Below are positions 1 through 10,713 of a stretch of DNA of 64,000 bases, piece after piece (within the stretch, counting starts at the first letter, position 1; each line of letters opens with the position of its first letter). A model generated the notes under the pieces. The model had not been told where the DNA came from. It searched no databases and saw nothing but the letters and a program-made list of their open reading frames with translations. Origin of the DNA: an uncultured Planctomycetota bacterium (GTDB taxonomy: Bacteria > Planctomycetota > Planctomycetia > Isosphaerales > Isosphaeraceae); NCBI GenBank assembly GCA_963845755.1, contig CAWJTV010000015.1, positions 96,001 through 160,000 of the forward strand, in the 5' to 3' direction. A program made the position numbers and the translations under genes.

Positions 1-108
1 GTCGCCAATATCTTCGAGGCCATCGCGTCGGACTACATCGCCGCGACCCAGCGCGTCTATCGGACTGCCGAACGCGCGACGCACATCGAGCTGCGGATCG
101 TACCTTGA
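1..108 (+). CDS. 3' end of CocE/NonD family hydrolase (partial, runs off window start)
   Basis: Frame 1 reads VANIFEAIASDYIAATQRVYRTAERATHIELRIVP*, which resembles the C-terminal tail of CocE/NonD (PepX_C) hydrolases. Confidence 0.65.
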   Translation, partial: VANIFEAIASDYIAATQRVYRTAERATHIELRIVP

Positions 109-268
109 TTCGACCGATCCGGAATCGGTTGCGGTCTCGGGACCCATTCGAGAATTGCCGGAGGAGCACGTTGACCCTCGACGGGGGCGGAGTTACAATC
201 GGGACAGCGATAGACATCTTGAATGCACCGATGAACTTTTCGCCACTGAGATTCAAGGGGGGCTCGAT

Positions 269-1951
269 ATGCGGTCCCGAATCAGGTTACCCGAGTGCAG
301 TGTCAGAGGTTGGTTGCTGGTGGGTCTGGCGGCCTGCGTGACCTGGAGCGGTGCGACAGCCGCGGCCGAACCAGACGTTCCCGAAGGGATGCTTGCTCAG
401 GGCCGCGACCTGTTCACCCGGGAATGGCTGCCCGGCGATCCGGGGAGCCATTCGGGCGATGGCCTCGGACCGGTTTACAACGATACTTCCTGCGCGGCCT
501 GCCATAATCAGGGTGGGGTCGGAGGGGCCGGGTCGAGAAGTAAAAACGTGGACTTCCTTGCGGCAATCGTGACCCCCGTCGAGGGCGAGTCCAGGTTCCG
601 GAACGACGAGATTTCGCGGATGGTTCGGCAGATGAGCGCCCTCCAGTCCCAATCGAAAGGGGCCCAGCCCGTCAAGCCGCGGGCCAAAGGCGAAGATCCC
701 GACCGTGGTCCGCTCCTGAAGCTGCATCGCGGGTTTCGTGACGCGTCGAGCTTGGTCCTGCATCGCTTCGGACCAGGCACCAACTACCAGGCATGGCGGG
801 TGGGGATTCTGAACCCGATGATGAACGATATACTCCAGCCGGCGTTCTCGCTCATCGGTCCATCGATCGAGGAAAGCGCGATCGTGTTCAGTGTGGATCG
901 ACACCTGGCTTCGTTGCCGATGGAGCACGGACATTTCACTCTGGTCCAGTCGCAGCTCAATCCGCCTCCCCTCTTCGGCGCGGGCCTGATCGACAAGGTG
1001 CCTGATGCCGACCTGGAAGCCGCGGCGGCGTCACCGGACCCCAGGTTCTTTGGGATCCAGGGCCGGGTCTCGCGCCTGGCGGACGGACGGATCGGGCGGT
1101 TCGGCTGGAAGGCCGAGCATGCGTCCCTCCACGGGTTCGTGCTCACGGCCTGTGCGGTGGAACTCGGCCTGGAAGTGCCCGGCCGGCATCAAGGCATCAA
1201 GCCCGATGATCCCGACTATCATTCGCCGGGGCTGGACTTATCTCAGGAGGAATGTAACGCGCTGGCCGCCTTCATCAGGAATCTCCCCGCGCCGGTCCAG
1301 CGGCGGCCGGCGACCCAGCGCGAGATGGAGGCGATCCAATCCGGCCGAGCGTCCTTCGACCAGATCGGCTGCGCGGCATGCCATCGGCCGAAGCTCGGTC
1401 CGATCGATGGCATTTACAGCGATCTCTTGCTGCACGACATGGGCGAGTCGCTCAGCAACAGTGCCTCGTACAGCTCGGTCCTTCCCGATCCTGCCGAGGA
1501 GCAGGGGCCCCTGGCCGACGCCGATTTCCCGGCCGGCCCTGATGCGTTCGCCGGAGAGCCGCAACGGGCCCGATTGCCGTTGAGGCGGGAATGGCGTACG
1601 CCGCCATTGTGGGGCCTCCGCGACTCTGCGCCCTACATGCACGATGGCCGCGCCGAGACATTGGAGCAGGCAATCGTCCTCCACGGCGGACAGGCAGAAT
1701 CGGTCAAGAGCCGCTATTTCAGACTCCGACCCGAGCAGCGGCTCGCTATGCTACTCTTCCTGAAGTCCCTCCTCGCTCCTTCGACCGAGGCGCAGCGCCG
1801 TGCGTCCTCCTCTTCCAGACATACCAGTCCATGGACCGATCTTCAGTGCCGAGTAGATCCGCAGAAGCAAGGTCCGGCGCGGACCTCAGGTTATCCGAAT
1901 TGTCGTCTCCGTCCGCCGAAACACCGTCCTATCCTCAGGTTGGCAGTTTAA
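269..1951 (+). CDS. Di-heme oxidoreductase (DHOR) family exported protein
   Basis: Signal peptide; GDGLGPVYN..SCAACH and GCAACH heme motifs; PPLFGAGLID, GRFGWKA, YSDLLLHDMG, WRTPPLWG, YMHDGRA. ATG at 269 chosen as start. Confidence 0.9.
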   Translation: MRSRIRLPECSVRGWLLVGLAACVTWSGATAAAEPDVPEGMLAQGRDLFTREWLPGDPGSHSGDGLGPVYNDTSCAACHNQGGVGGAGSRSKNVDFLAAIVTPVEGESRFRNDEISRMVRQMSALQSQSKGAQPVKPRAKGEDPDRGPLLKLHRGFRDASSLVLHRFGPGTNYQAWRVGILNPMMNDILQPAFSLIGPSIEESAIVFSVDRHLASLPMEHGHFTLVQSQLNPPPLFGAGLIDKVPDADLEAAAASPDPRFFGIQGRVSRLADGRIGRFGWKAEHASLHGFVLTACAVELGLEVPGRHQGIKPDDPDYHSPGLDLSQEECNALAAFIRNLPAPVQRRPATQREMEAIQSGRASFDQIGCAACHRPKLGPIDGIYSDLLLHDMGESLSNSASYSSVLPDPAEEQGPLADADFPAGPDAFAGEPQRARLPLRREWRTPPLWGLRDSAPYMHDGRAETLEQAIVLHGGQAESVKSRYFRLRPEQRLAMLLFLKSLLAPSTEAQRRASSSSRHTSPWTDLQCRVDPQKQGPARTSGYPNCRLRPPKHRPILRLAV

Positions 1952-2038
1952 GGATCTTCGGTCGGCCCAGCGGCAAGGTCAGGAGACCCTGTCTCACCGT
2001 CCTGGGTGCACTATTATCAAGCCGCAGCGAGGCGATCC

Positions 2039-2800
2039 ATGAGACGGCTCGGGATACTCGAGATCTCGGTCCTGCTCAACGTGGAAATGACCGGCGATTA
2101 CCGATTCGGCAATGGATTCGTCTACGAGCATCTTCTGGTCAGCTTACCGGGACGGTATCAATATGGCTGGCACAGCGACGTGCACCATCCTGACGATCCG
2201 CACGACCGGGACTGATACCAGAGTCAGGGCACATGCTCGGAGGTGGACGGCGTGCTGCGGCTGGTGCCCGAGGGGCCGATCTCCTCGGACCTGCGGCACT
2301 CGATCGGACACGACTTCCTCCCGATCCGGTGGGAGAAGCGGTGTTACTTGATTCCCGAGAAGGAACAGCTGGTCTTCTGTAGCCTCGTCAACCAGGGAGT
2401 CTTTCCGCACTATATGCGGAGAGGTCCGTTTTCCATGGGCGATTCTGAACGCCCGAAAGGCGTCCCGGAGGTCCCCCCCGAGTGGGCTCCGTTCCTGCTC
2501 CAGAAGCCGGTGAATGGGACGATCACCAAGATCCTGTCCGATTCCAACGCGATCATGAACCTCGGCGCCAGGGACGGAGTCCGGTCGGGAATGGAGTTCT
2601 TGCGGAAAAAATGGCATCCCTGGACTGTGAAGGTTCTCTTCACGGAGACCGATCGATGCATCATCCGGATCAAGACAGGTAAACCAGGGACGATTCCTGA
2701 CGCTACGTTCGAACCGGGCCACATGTACCCCGGGTTGCGGCCACTCGAGGTGGGAGAGATCATCTCGTCCCGATCCTCGGACCAGAAGTCGAATCGCTAA
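2039..2800 (+). pseudogene. Hypothetical protein interrupted by an in-frame TGA at 2213-2215
   Basis: ORFs 2006..2215 and 2243..2800 are in the same frame and read through as ...HDRD*YQSQGTCSEVDGVLRLVP... Confidence 0.5.
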
Positions 2801-2892
2801 GCGAAGCATTTGGCAGGTCCTACCGAGCTCTCTCACAACAAGGTCAACGGCAGCCAGGCGTGCCCCGGCAGAGTCGTCGCGGTCCAATCGAC

Positions 2893-4693
2893 TCATGGGA
2901 CAGTCGCATTCGCTGCCGGTGGGTTGCGGGGCCTATAACCTGGGCCGCGAACGATCTGGCCCGGTTTCGCTCCGGTGTGCCGGCTCTCGCGGACCACGGC
3001 CACGCCGTTGACAATAACTTGGCGGACGCCGATCGAGACCTGATGAGGCTTCTCGAACGTGGCCCGGTCGGCGATCGTCTCGGGATCGAAGACGACGACA
3101 TCCGCGTGGAAGCCTTCGCGCAACAAGCCACGATCGCGGATCGAGAGCCGCGCGGCGACCGCCGAGGTCATCTTGCGAATCGCGTCCTCAAGAGGGATGA
3201 CTCGCTCCTCGCGGACGTACTTGCCCAGGATGCGCGGGAATGTCCCGTAGGAGCGGGGGTGAGTCAGAGTCTTAGCGTTCTCGGGGTCGGCGCCTTCGGC
3301 GTCGGTGCCGAACTTGATCCAAGGCTGACGCAACTGGAGCTTGACATTGTCCTCGTTCATCATGAAGTAAACTGTGCCGAGGCTCTGGCGTTCGGAGAGG
3401 ATCAGGTCCATCGCGGCATCGAGCCAGTGCTTGCCCTCGGCCTGGGCGATCGCGGAGAGCCGCTTGCCGGCATACTTGGCGTTCTCGGGCTTCTTGAGCT
3501 CGAGGACCAGGATGCCTTCCGGTGAGGCGAGGATCCCCATGTTCTCCCAGTCGGTCTTCTGGTCGAGGACTTCCGACCGGATCCGGGCGCGTTCGACCGG
3601 ATCGGCAAGGCGGTCGAAGAGCTTTCCACCTGCGGAGGCCGAAGGCGGAAGGACCGCGGTCAATCCGGTCGAACCGGCGATATAGGGATACATATCGGCG
3701 CCAACGTCCTGGCCCCGAGCGCGGGCGGCCGCAATCCTCGCAATGGCAGCCTCGGCCTTCGACCAGTTCCGCCGGCCCGCTGCCTTGAGGTGGTAGATCT
3801 CGACCGGCACAGCTCCGCCGCGACCGATCGCGATGGCTTCGTCGATCGCTTCGAGCAGGTGATCGGCCTCGGATCGAATGTGGGAAATATACACTCCGCC
3901 ATACGGTGACATGACTTTCGCAAGCTCGATCAAATCCGCAGTGCCGACGAAATTGTCTGGCGGGTAGATCAGGGCCGAAGCGATCCCGAAGGCTCCGTCT
4001 TCCATCGCTTCACGAACGGCCCGGCGCATGGTGTCCAGCTCCTGAGGCGTCGGCGCGCCCTGATCCATCCCCTTGACAAAGGCCCGGATCGTCGCCGACC
4101 CCACGAACGAGCCGAAGTTGACCGAGGACCCGCGGCGCTTCATGGCCTGGAGCCACTTGTCAAAGCCGTGCGGACCCATGAGCTCCCGGGCGTGCTCGGT
4201 GGCATCGGGATCGAGCACCTTGATGACGGCGAGGGTGCGATCGCTGACCGGGGCATTCGTCCAGCCCTCGCCCATGATCTCGGTGGTGACGCCCTGAGTG
4301 ACCTTGCTGACGACCCGGCCATCACCGGAGAGCAGGGCATCGCGGGAGTGGCTCTGGATATCGATAAACCCCGGACAAACGACCAACCCCTTGGCGTCGA
4401 TCCGTTCCTTGGCGGATGCGTCTCCGAGCATGCCAGCCGGTGCGACCCGTGCGATCCGGTCACCCCGAATGGCGAGGTCGCCACGGAACCAGGCGTTGCC
4501 CGAACCGTCGACCACCCGGCCGCCCAGGATCACGACGTCGTATGGGCCGGCATCTGCGGCTCTGGATACGGGCGCGTACCGGCTCGTCGTGGGACCTCTC
4601 TGGTGAGTCGGCGGCGTGGCCGATCGGCGCGAGTAGGACGCTGATGAGGAGCAGTCCGTAGCGAGCCAGCCGGGGGCGAGTCAGGGTCTTCAT
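2893..4693 (-). CDS. N-acyl-D-amino-acid deacylase (amidohydrolase family), exported; signal peptide offset by a frameshift
   Basis: YDVVILGGRVVDGSG, PGFIDIQSHS, QGVTTEIMG, YISHIRSE, HPRSYGTFPR, ADVVVFDP. The signal peptide MKTLTRPRLARYGLLLISVLLA (ATG 4693) lies in another frame. Confidence 0.88.
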
Positions 4694-4844
4694 GGGCAGC
4701 GAGGCTCCGTGAGTGAAACACGAGGTGAGCGTCGTAGGGCGGTGTCGAACGATCCTTGGCATCGTGAAGGCCCACCTATGACCACGGCACTCCGGTGGGC
4801 CTTCGCCGCGAGAACGCGCGGCTCGACACCACCCTACTACGGCT

Positions 4845-7465
4845 TCATGGCCTCTCGCCAGCCCGCAGAATCAGGCGATCGACGTCGGCCCAGAGGGCCT
4901 GCCAGGTTTTCCGCTTGGCCCCGGGGAGCTTGATCAACGCATCGGGATCGCGGACGCCGGCTAGGTCGCTGTCGGCGTTCCAGTGTTGGAGGGCCTGTGC
5001 AACGCTCGCCCGCTGCTTCGGATTGCCCCCATCGAGGATTCGGCCCCAGGCCGCCAGTTCGGTCCTGAGCCAGTCGAGAGCCTGGCCGCGGAGTTTGGCA
5101 CGCGCGGGCTCGTCGGGCGCGGGATCATCCTTGCCTTTACCGCAGCCGGCCAGCGCCGCAGTGCAAGCGGCGTTGTAGGCGTGCTGAGCACGGCGATCAT
5201 CGCCGAGTTTCGGGTCGGCCGTCAGGGCTTCGGTGTACAGCAGGGCGGAGGCCGCGCGCTGTCCCTGGTTGTAGAAGAGAACGGCGAACTCGATGCCTTC
5301 AGCCGGGGTGGCGGGGTGGTCTTGGCCCTTGAGGATGGCAGGGAGGCGACCAGCGTGGGCGACCAGCCACTCGGCCTGGCGCACCCACTCGGCCGAAAGC
5401 GCACGCCATCCGGGCTGCTTCAAACCGAGTTCGGGTCCCGTCTTGTACTCGCGGAGCGATTCTTCATAAAGCCCTTGGGCGCGCAAGGCTTCACCGAGAT
5501 TGGTGTGGGCCGTGACGTTGTTGGGCGTGAGTCGGACAATGGTGAGGAATTCGTCGGTCGCCTCATCGAGTTTACCTTGATCGCTCAGGGCGACGCCGAG
5601 ATTATGATGGGCCAAGACGTCGTCGGGCTTCAGTCGGATGGCGGAGCGATATTCGGCGAAACCCTCGTCGTGCATTCCCTGAGGCGCAGGGCGTTGTCGA
5701 GGTTCCTGTGGGCCGTGGCGTTGCTGGGCGTGAGTCGGACGATGGTGCGGAATTCGGCGATCGCCTCATCGTCCTTCCCCTGAGCGAGGAGGGCGAGACC
5801 GAGGTTGTGATGGGCTGCGGCGAGGTCGGGCTGGAGTCGGGTGGCGGTACGATATGCGGCAATCGCCGCCTCGTGCTTCCCCTGAGTGCGAAGGGCGTTG
5901 CCGAGGTTGTGGTGGGCCAGGACGTAGCCGGGGTGGAGTCGGATGGCGGTGCGATACTCGGCGATCGCCTCATCGTGCTTCCTCTGGGCAGACAGGGTGT
6001 TGCCGAGGTACGTCTGGGCCGGATTGCTACCGGGCCGGATCGCAATCGCGGCCGTCAGGTGCCGCACCGCCTCCTCCGGTTGCACCGCATAGGCCAGGTC
6101 GTAGTTCACCCAGAAGTCGTCCGGACGCAATCGCCAGGCCTGGCACAGAGCCGCGCCGCACCGTCCCGATCGCCGACCGCCTTCAGCCGCAGGGCGAGTA
6201 GCCGCAGGCTCTCGGCGGGCTGAGCGTCCAGTGCCTTCTCATCACCGGCCAGCTTGTGGAGGGCCTCGACCGGCGCGGCGTCCCTGGCACTGGAGCCGGT
6301 GCGCAGGGCATCGCGCAGGGATCGGGGTCGGCGGCGCGGGCCGCCGCTATCAGCCGAGCCGAGGCTTTCTCATCGGCGCGGGCCGCACGGCGGACCATGG
6401 TCCAGTCGTCCAGGAAGGAGGCCAGCTCAATCGGCGCGCTGCGGCCGGCGATCCAGGCGCCGGCCTGCTTGGGGTCGGTGGCATCCTGGTCAAGTCCGGC
6501 CTTGCGGAAGGCGGCGGCATACTCGGCGTTGGACCGCTTTGGATCGTTTTGGTCGGCGCGATCGCCACGGGCCGCTTCCAAGTCGGCCAGGAGTTTGCGA
6601 TCGGTCTCGAGCCGCTCAGCCTGGAGCAAGGCTTCCTGGCGGCCTCGCTCCCGTTCGGCGATGACGCGGACGATCTGGTCCTTGCGCTCCAGGTCGGCCA
6701 GTTCCGGCATCTGGTCGGCGGCGCGGTTGGCCTCGGCCATCGCTTCGTCCCAGGGACTGACCGTGCCGGCCGGGGCGGCGTGGGCCCCTGGCTTTCAAGA
6801 CGATGACGTGGTCCAGGATCCCGGCGATCTCGTGGGCAACCACGGCACGGCGGGCGTTGCGGTCGGAGACCATCCAGGCCGCCCCGCCACCGCCCAGGAT
6901 CAAGGTGGCGACGATGGCCGCGGCCAAACCGGCGGTCATACGCCGCGCCCGTAGCTCGGCCCGGGCCTTGCGCTCGGCCTCAACGGCGCGGGCGGTCTCA
7001 TCCGCCCGGGCCAGTTCGGCGGTACGCAACCGCTCCTGGACGCCGGCCTGGTAATCGGTCAGTCGGTCGACCACGATCCGCGGGCGGTCGAGTAGCTCGG
7101 CGCCAGGCAGGACCTGGCCAGCTCGATCAGTTCAGACTCGGCATCGCTGGCGTCAACCCGGGCGAAGGCGTCGGACAGGTCGTCGCGGAGGGCTTTGCGG
7201 AAGACGGAGCTGCCGTCCGGGCCGGTGTAGGGCGGAGAACCGGTCAGGATTTCGCAAAGGATCGCGCCCAGGCCGAATACGTCGGCCCGCCCGTCAAGCG
7301 CCTCGATGTCGCCGTGGCCTGCTCGGGGGGCATGTAGGCCGGCGTTCCCATCACGCTGCCGGCCTGCGAGGCGTCGGCATCGGAGCCGGTCCGTAGCGTG
7401 CGGATGACGCTCACCTGCTCACGCCGCTCGACGGCCCGAGTTTCGTCGGCCACCCCGCCCGAGGC
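4845..7465 (-). pseudogene. Ser/Thr protein kinase with TM segment and TPR repeats; N-lobe deleted, several frameshifts
   Basis: GSVMGTPAYMPPEQA, D.RADVFGLGAILCEILTG, a TM helix, TPRs (AHHNLGNAL) and the planctomycete STK tail YNAAC.AALAGCG...ALDWLR..L..W. No GxGxxG, VAxK or HRDxK motifs are present. Confidence 0.85.
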
Positions 7466-7924
7466 CTGCACCTCGGCCAGCAGGGTGAGCGCCCAGTCGC
7501 GCTCGAAGAGCCGTTCCGGAGTCAGGTCGTGGCCTTGGTCGGCGCCGGAACGCCCTTCCGCCGCGCCCGAGTCGATCGACACGAATGTCCGACCACCGCC
7601 GCGTGTGAACGCGACTGCTCGATCATGTGCGTTGGCCAGGACGTGTATGCAATCCGTGAGCAGGAACGCGCGGAACCGCCCCTTATGGCGGTCGGCACTG
7701 GCGAGCACGGGTTTCTCCAACAGGCGGACGAAGTAGTCCTGGGTCAGGTCGAGTGCAGTGCTGGGATCGTGCCCCTTACGCCGAATCAGCGCATAGACCG
7801 GGAACCAATACGTGGCGCACAGCTCTGCCAGGGCGTCGCGCGCGTCGGGATGCCCTGGGTCGGCGGCGGCGACGCGGCTCCAGCACGTCGAAGGGAAGCG
7901 GGCATCCGAAGGTCTCTCGGATAT
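7466..7924 (-). pseudogene. Kinase-associated ECF sigma-70 factor, N-terminal part (region 2 and linker; region 4 missing)
   Basis: RFPSTCWSRV...ALAELCATYWFPVYALIRRKG...DLTQDYF...KGRFRAFL...RGGG...PERLFERDWALTLL; it then runs directly into kinase sequence. Confidence 0.85.
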
Positions 7925-7977
7925 GGTCCGTTCCGTGCAATGGGGAGCGATTGGGTGACACGCGCAAGTGCGAACCG

Positions 7978-8478
7978 TCACGCCAACTCACCGACCTTCG
8001 CCTTGACGAGGCGCTCGATTTCCTCGACGGCAAAGTCGGTCGCTTCTTGCACCCGGCGTTGCGAGCCGCGCCCGGAGGACTCGATCTGCTTGCGAGCCTG
8101 CTGCCGTATCGACCGAATGGCGACCTTGGCATCCTCGCCGAGCTTCTTGACGTACCGGGCGATCTCCTGTCGCTGCTCGATGCTGATCGGTGGTACGCTG
8201 ACGCTGACCGTCGTCGGGTTGAGCGCGTACGCGCTGAGCCGCGACTCGTTCAGCGCCTTGACCATCGCCGGGACGTTGACCCGATCGAAGGGGATGATCA
8301 GGATCCGGTCCCCTCGTGCCTGGACAGCCCCGAGGCGTTTGATGGCGACCAGGTTCCCCTGGCACGAGACCCGGACAGTCTCGATCATTCCGATGCTGAT
8401 CGTGCCCGTCCGGATCCCGCGGAGCTGATCGGCAAAGTGCCGGACCATTTTCTCAATCCTGGGCTGCCAGTCGTTCAT
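7978..8478 (-). CDS. frr: Ribosome recycling factor, divergent stand-alone paralog (166 aa)
   Basis: LRGIRTG, LIIPFD, NP..VSVSVPPISIEQRQEIARYVKKLGEDAKVAIRSIRQQA, VQEATD...IE.LVKAK match the RRF pattern. Not in the rpsB-tsf-pyrH-frr context. Confidence 0.85.
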   Translation of the reverse strand: MNDWQPRIEKMVRHFADQLRGIRTGTISIGMIETVRVSCQGNLVAIKRLGAVQARGDRILIIPFDRVNVPAMVKALNESRLSAYALNPTTVSVSVPPISIEQRQEIARYVKKLGEDAKVAIRSIRQQARKQIESSGRGSQRRVQEATDFAVEEIERLVKAKVGELA

Positions 8479-8576
8479 GTGCAGTCCTGTGTTGATCGAT
8501 GATCCCGAACCCGTGCAGAATCCGGCGCATCTGCCTCGTGATCGGATTCCGATAAAGCTTGGAGGGATCAGCCGCC

Positions 8577-9479
8577 ATGAGCACCTTGCAACGACTGACC
8601 GACCGCGGCCTGATCAAACCTCCACGATGGCTGCCGGGCGGTGTCCAGTACGAGACGATTATGGGCTCGGTCGCCTACGGCGTCTCGTCCGACACCAGCG
8701 ATCTGGACCTCTACGGCTGGGCGATCCCTCCCCGAGACGACGTCTTCCCCCACCTCAGGGGGGAGATTCCCGGCTTCGGCACTCCGAAACCCCGGTTTCA
8801 ACGATATCAGGAGCACTACGTCGTTGACCACGATGCCCTCGGTGGCCGTGGGCGAACTTACGACCTGCAGATCTACGGAATCGTCAAGTTCTTCAACCTG
8901 GCGATGCAGAATAACCTTAATATCATCGACTCGCTCTTTACACCGGTGAACTGCGTCCTGCACAGCACGCGTGTGGGGGATCTCGTGCGCGAGAACCGGA
9001 AACTGTTCCTGCACAGAGGCTCCTGGTCGCGATTCAAGAACTATGCGTACTCGCAATTGCACAAGCTGTCCACGAAGAGCGCCCAGGGGAAGCGGGCCGA
9101 CATCGTGGCCGAGCACGGTCTCGACACGAAGTTCGCCTACCATGTCGTTCGCCTCATCCTCGAAGTCGAGCAGATCATAGTCGAGGGCGACATCGACCTT
9201 CAGCGGAACCACGAACAGCTCAAGGCCATCCGTCGGGGAGATTGGACCGAAGCGCACCTCCGGGACTGGTTCTCAGCCAAGGAGTCGGAGCTCGAAAAGG
9301 TCTACTCCGAGAGCAAGCTCCCGTCCGCACCCGATGAAGATCAGATTCGATTGCTGCTGCTGAACTGCCTGGAACACCATTACGGCCTCATGGAGGACTG
9401 CGTCGTCGATCCGGACCGCGCCGTGGCCGCCTTGCGGAACGTCCAGTCGGAATTGGAGAAGGTGAGAGATCTTCTATGA
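8577..9479 (+). CDS. DNA polymerase beta superfamily nucleotidyltransferase (RlaP / PF10127-like)
   Basis: MGSVAYGVSSDTSDLDLYG (GS...DxD motif), KFFNLAMQNN.NIIDSLF, DTKFAYHVVRL, LKAIRRG. RBS GGAGGG at 8561. Confidence 0.88.
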   Translation: MSTLQRLTDRGLIKPPRWLPGGVQYETIMGSVAYGVSSDTSDLDLYGWAIPPRDDVFPHLRGEIPGFGTPKPRFQRYQEHYVVDHDALGGRGRTYDLQIYGIVKFFNLAMQNNLNIIDSLFTPVNCVLHSTRVGDLVRENRKLFLHRGSWSRFKNYAYSQLHKLSTKSAQGKRADIVAEHGLDTKFAYHVVRLILEVEQIIVEGDIDLQRNHEQLKAIRRGDWTEAHLRDWFSAKESELEKVYSESKLPSAPDEDQIRLLLLNCLEHHYGLMEDCVVDPDRAVAALRNVQSELEKVRDLL

Positions 9480-10266
9480 GTCATCCCGACGAGAACGATC
9501 CGGCCGCCCCCGATCGGTTGCAGGCCGTCGTGTCCCGGCAGTCGTATCCTCTGATTATCGTGACGATCAGCGGCGCGCACCTCTAAGGCTTTCCCTCGCC
9601 AGATTCGGACCACGACCTGCGAGGCTGCCAATTCCTGCCCATCGAGGAAGCCGCCGGGCTCGATGCGGGACGAGAGACCATCGAGTCTTCGACGGACGAA
9701 TCAGGCGTCGAGGTCAACTTGGTGACCCACGATGCCAGGAAGTTCTTCAAGCTGCTGCTCGCGAAGAACGGCTACCTCCTGGAGCAGTTGTATTCGCCGC
9801 TGGTCGTCCTCACAACGCCCGAACATGAGGATCTGAAATCCATTGCACGCGGATGCATCACTCGGCATCATAACCACCATTACCGTGGTTTCGCGAGGCC
9901 CTGTGGCGGCTATTCGCCCGGGACATCCCGTCGCGAATCAAGCCGCTGCTGTATGTGTATCGCGTACTGCTGACGGGTATCCACCTCCTGCGAACGGGTG
10001 AGGTCGAAGCGATCCTCCTGCGTCTCAACGAGAACGCCCGACTTCTCCAACTCGGTGACCTGATCGTTCGCAAGCTCGAAAGGACGGAGGGAGTCCGCTT
10101 GGACGATGGCGACCTGGAGTTCCATGGGCGCGAGTACGAACGACTCCAGGGCGAACTGGAACAGGCCCACCGCGATAGCCGGATGCCGGAAGGACCGACT
10201 GCCCGACAGGCGCTCAACGATCTACTGGTCCGACTCAGGTTCGCGACCAACCGTCAAGGCCACTGA
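9476..10266 (+). pseudogene. Second RlaP/YcgL-like nucleotidyltransferase with nonsense codon (TAA 9584-9586) and frameshift (~9897)
   Basis: ATGA overlap with the upstream stop. ISGAHL*GFPSPDSDHDLRG, VTHDARKFF.LLL.KNGYLLEQLYSPL, KPLLYVYRVLLTGIHL. Confidence 0.85.
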
Positions 10267-10308
10267 TTCCGTGATCCCCCATCGGGTGGCCAAGGACCGG
10301 TTTCCCGT

Positions 10309-10701
10309 TCAATCGGTCTTGCCAAGCCGCTTGAGTGCTTTCGCCGCCAGGTCGCGAGCGCGGGAGTCCTTGTCGGTCTTGCTCAGCGTGTCGAGCTGGT
10401 CCTTGATCGCATCACCGGGCTGTTTCAACTTGACCACCGCCAGGACCGCGTCACGACGGACCAGCGGGTCGGTATCGTGGAGCGCCTCCGCCAGGGCGTC
10501 CGCCACCGTGGGGTCGGAGTCGCCGACATTGCCGAGCTTGAGCACCGCTTGCCGTCGCACCTGCGGCTTGGGGTCATGCAGCTCGGCGATCCAGGATTTC
10601 ACCTCGCGGCCGCCCGCCAGTAGCGGCCCAGGCGCCTCGCCGCTGCAGCCAGCCAGCACGATCGCGAACAGCAAACTTGACAGAACTTGGGTCCGTTGCA
10701 T
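10309..10701 (-). CDS. HEAT-repeat lipoprotein
   Basis: Lipobox LAGC; HEAT-like units LHDPKPQVRRQAVLKLG, LHDTDPLVRRDAVLAV, DKDSRARDLAAKAL. Confidence 0.8.
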   Translation of the reverse strand: MQRTQVLSSLLFAIVLAGCSGEAPGPLLAGGREVKSWIAELHDPKPQVRRQAVLKLGNVGDSDPTVADALAEALHDTDPLVRRDAVLAVVKLKQPGDAIKDQLDTLSKTDKDSRARDLAAKALKRLGKTD

Positions 10702-10713
10702 GCGCCATCACTT

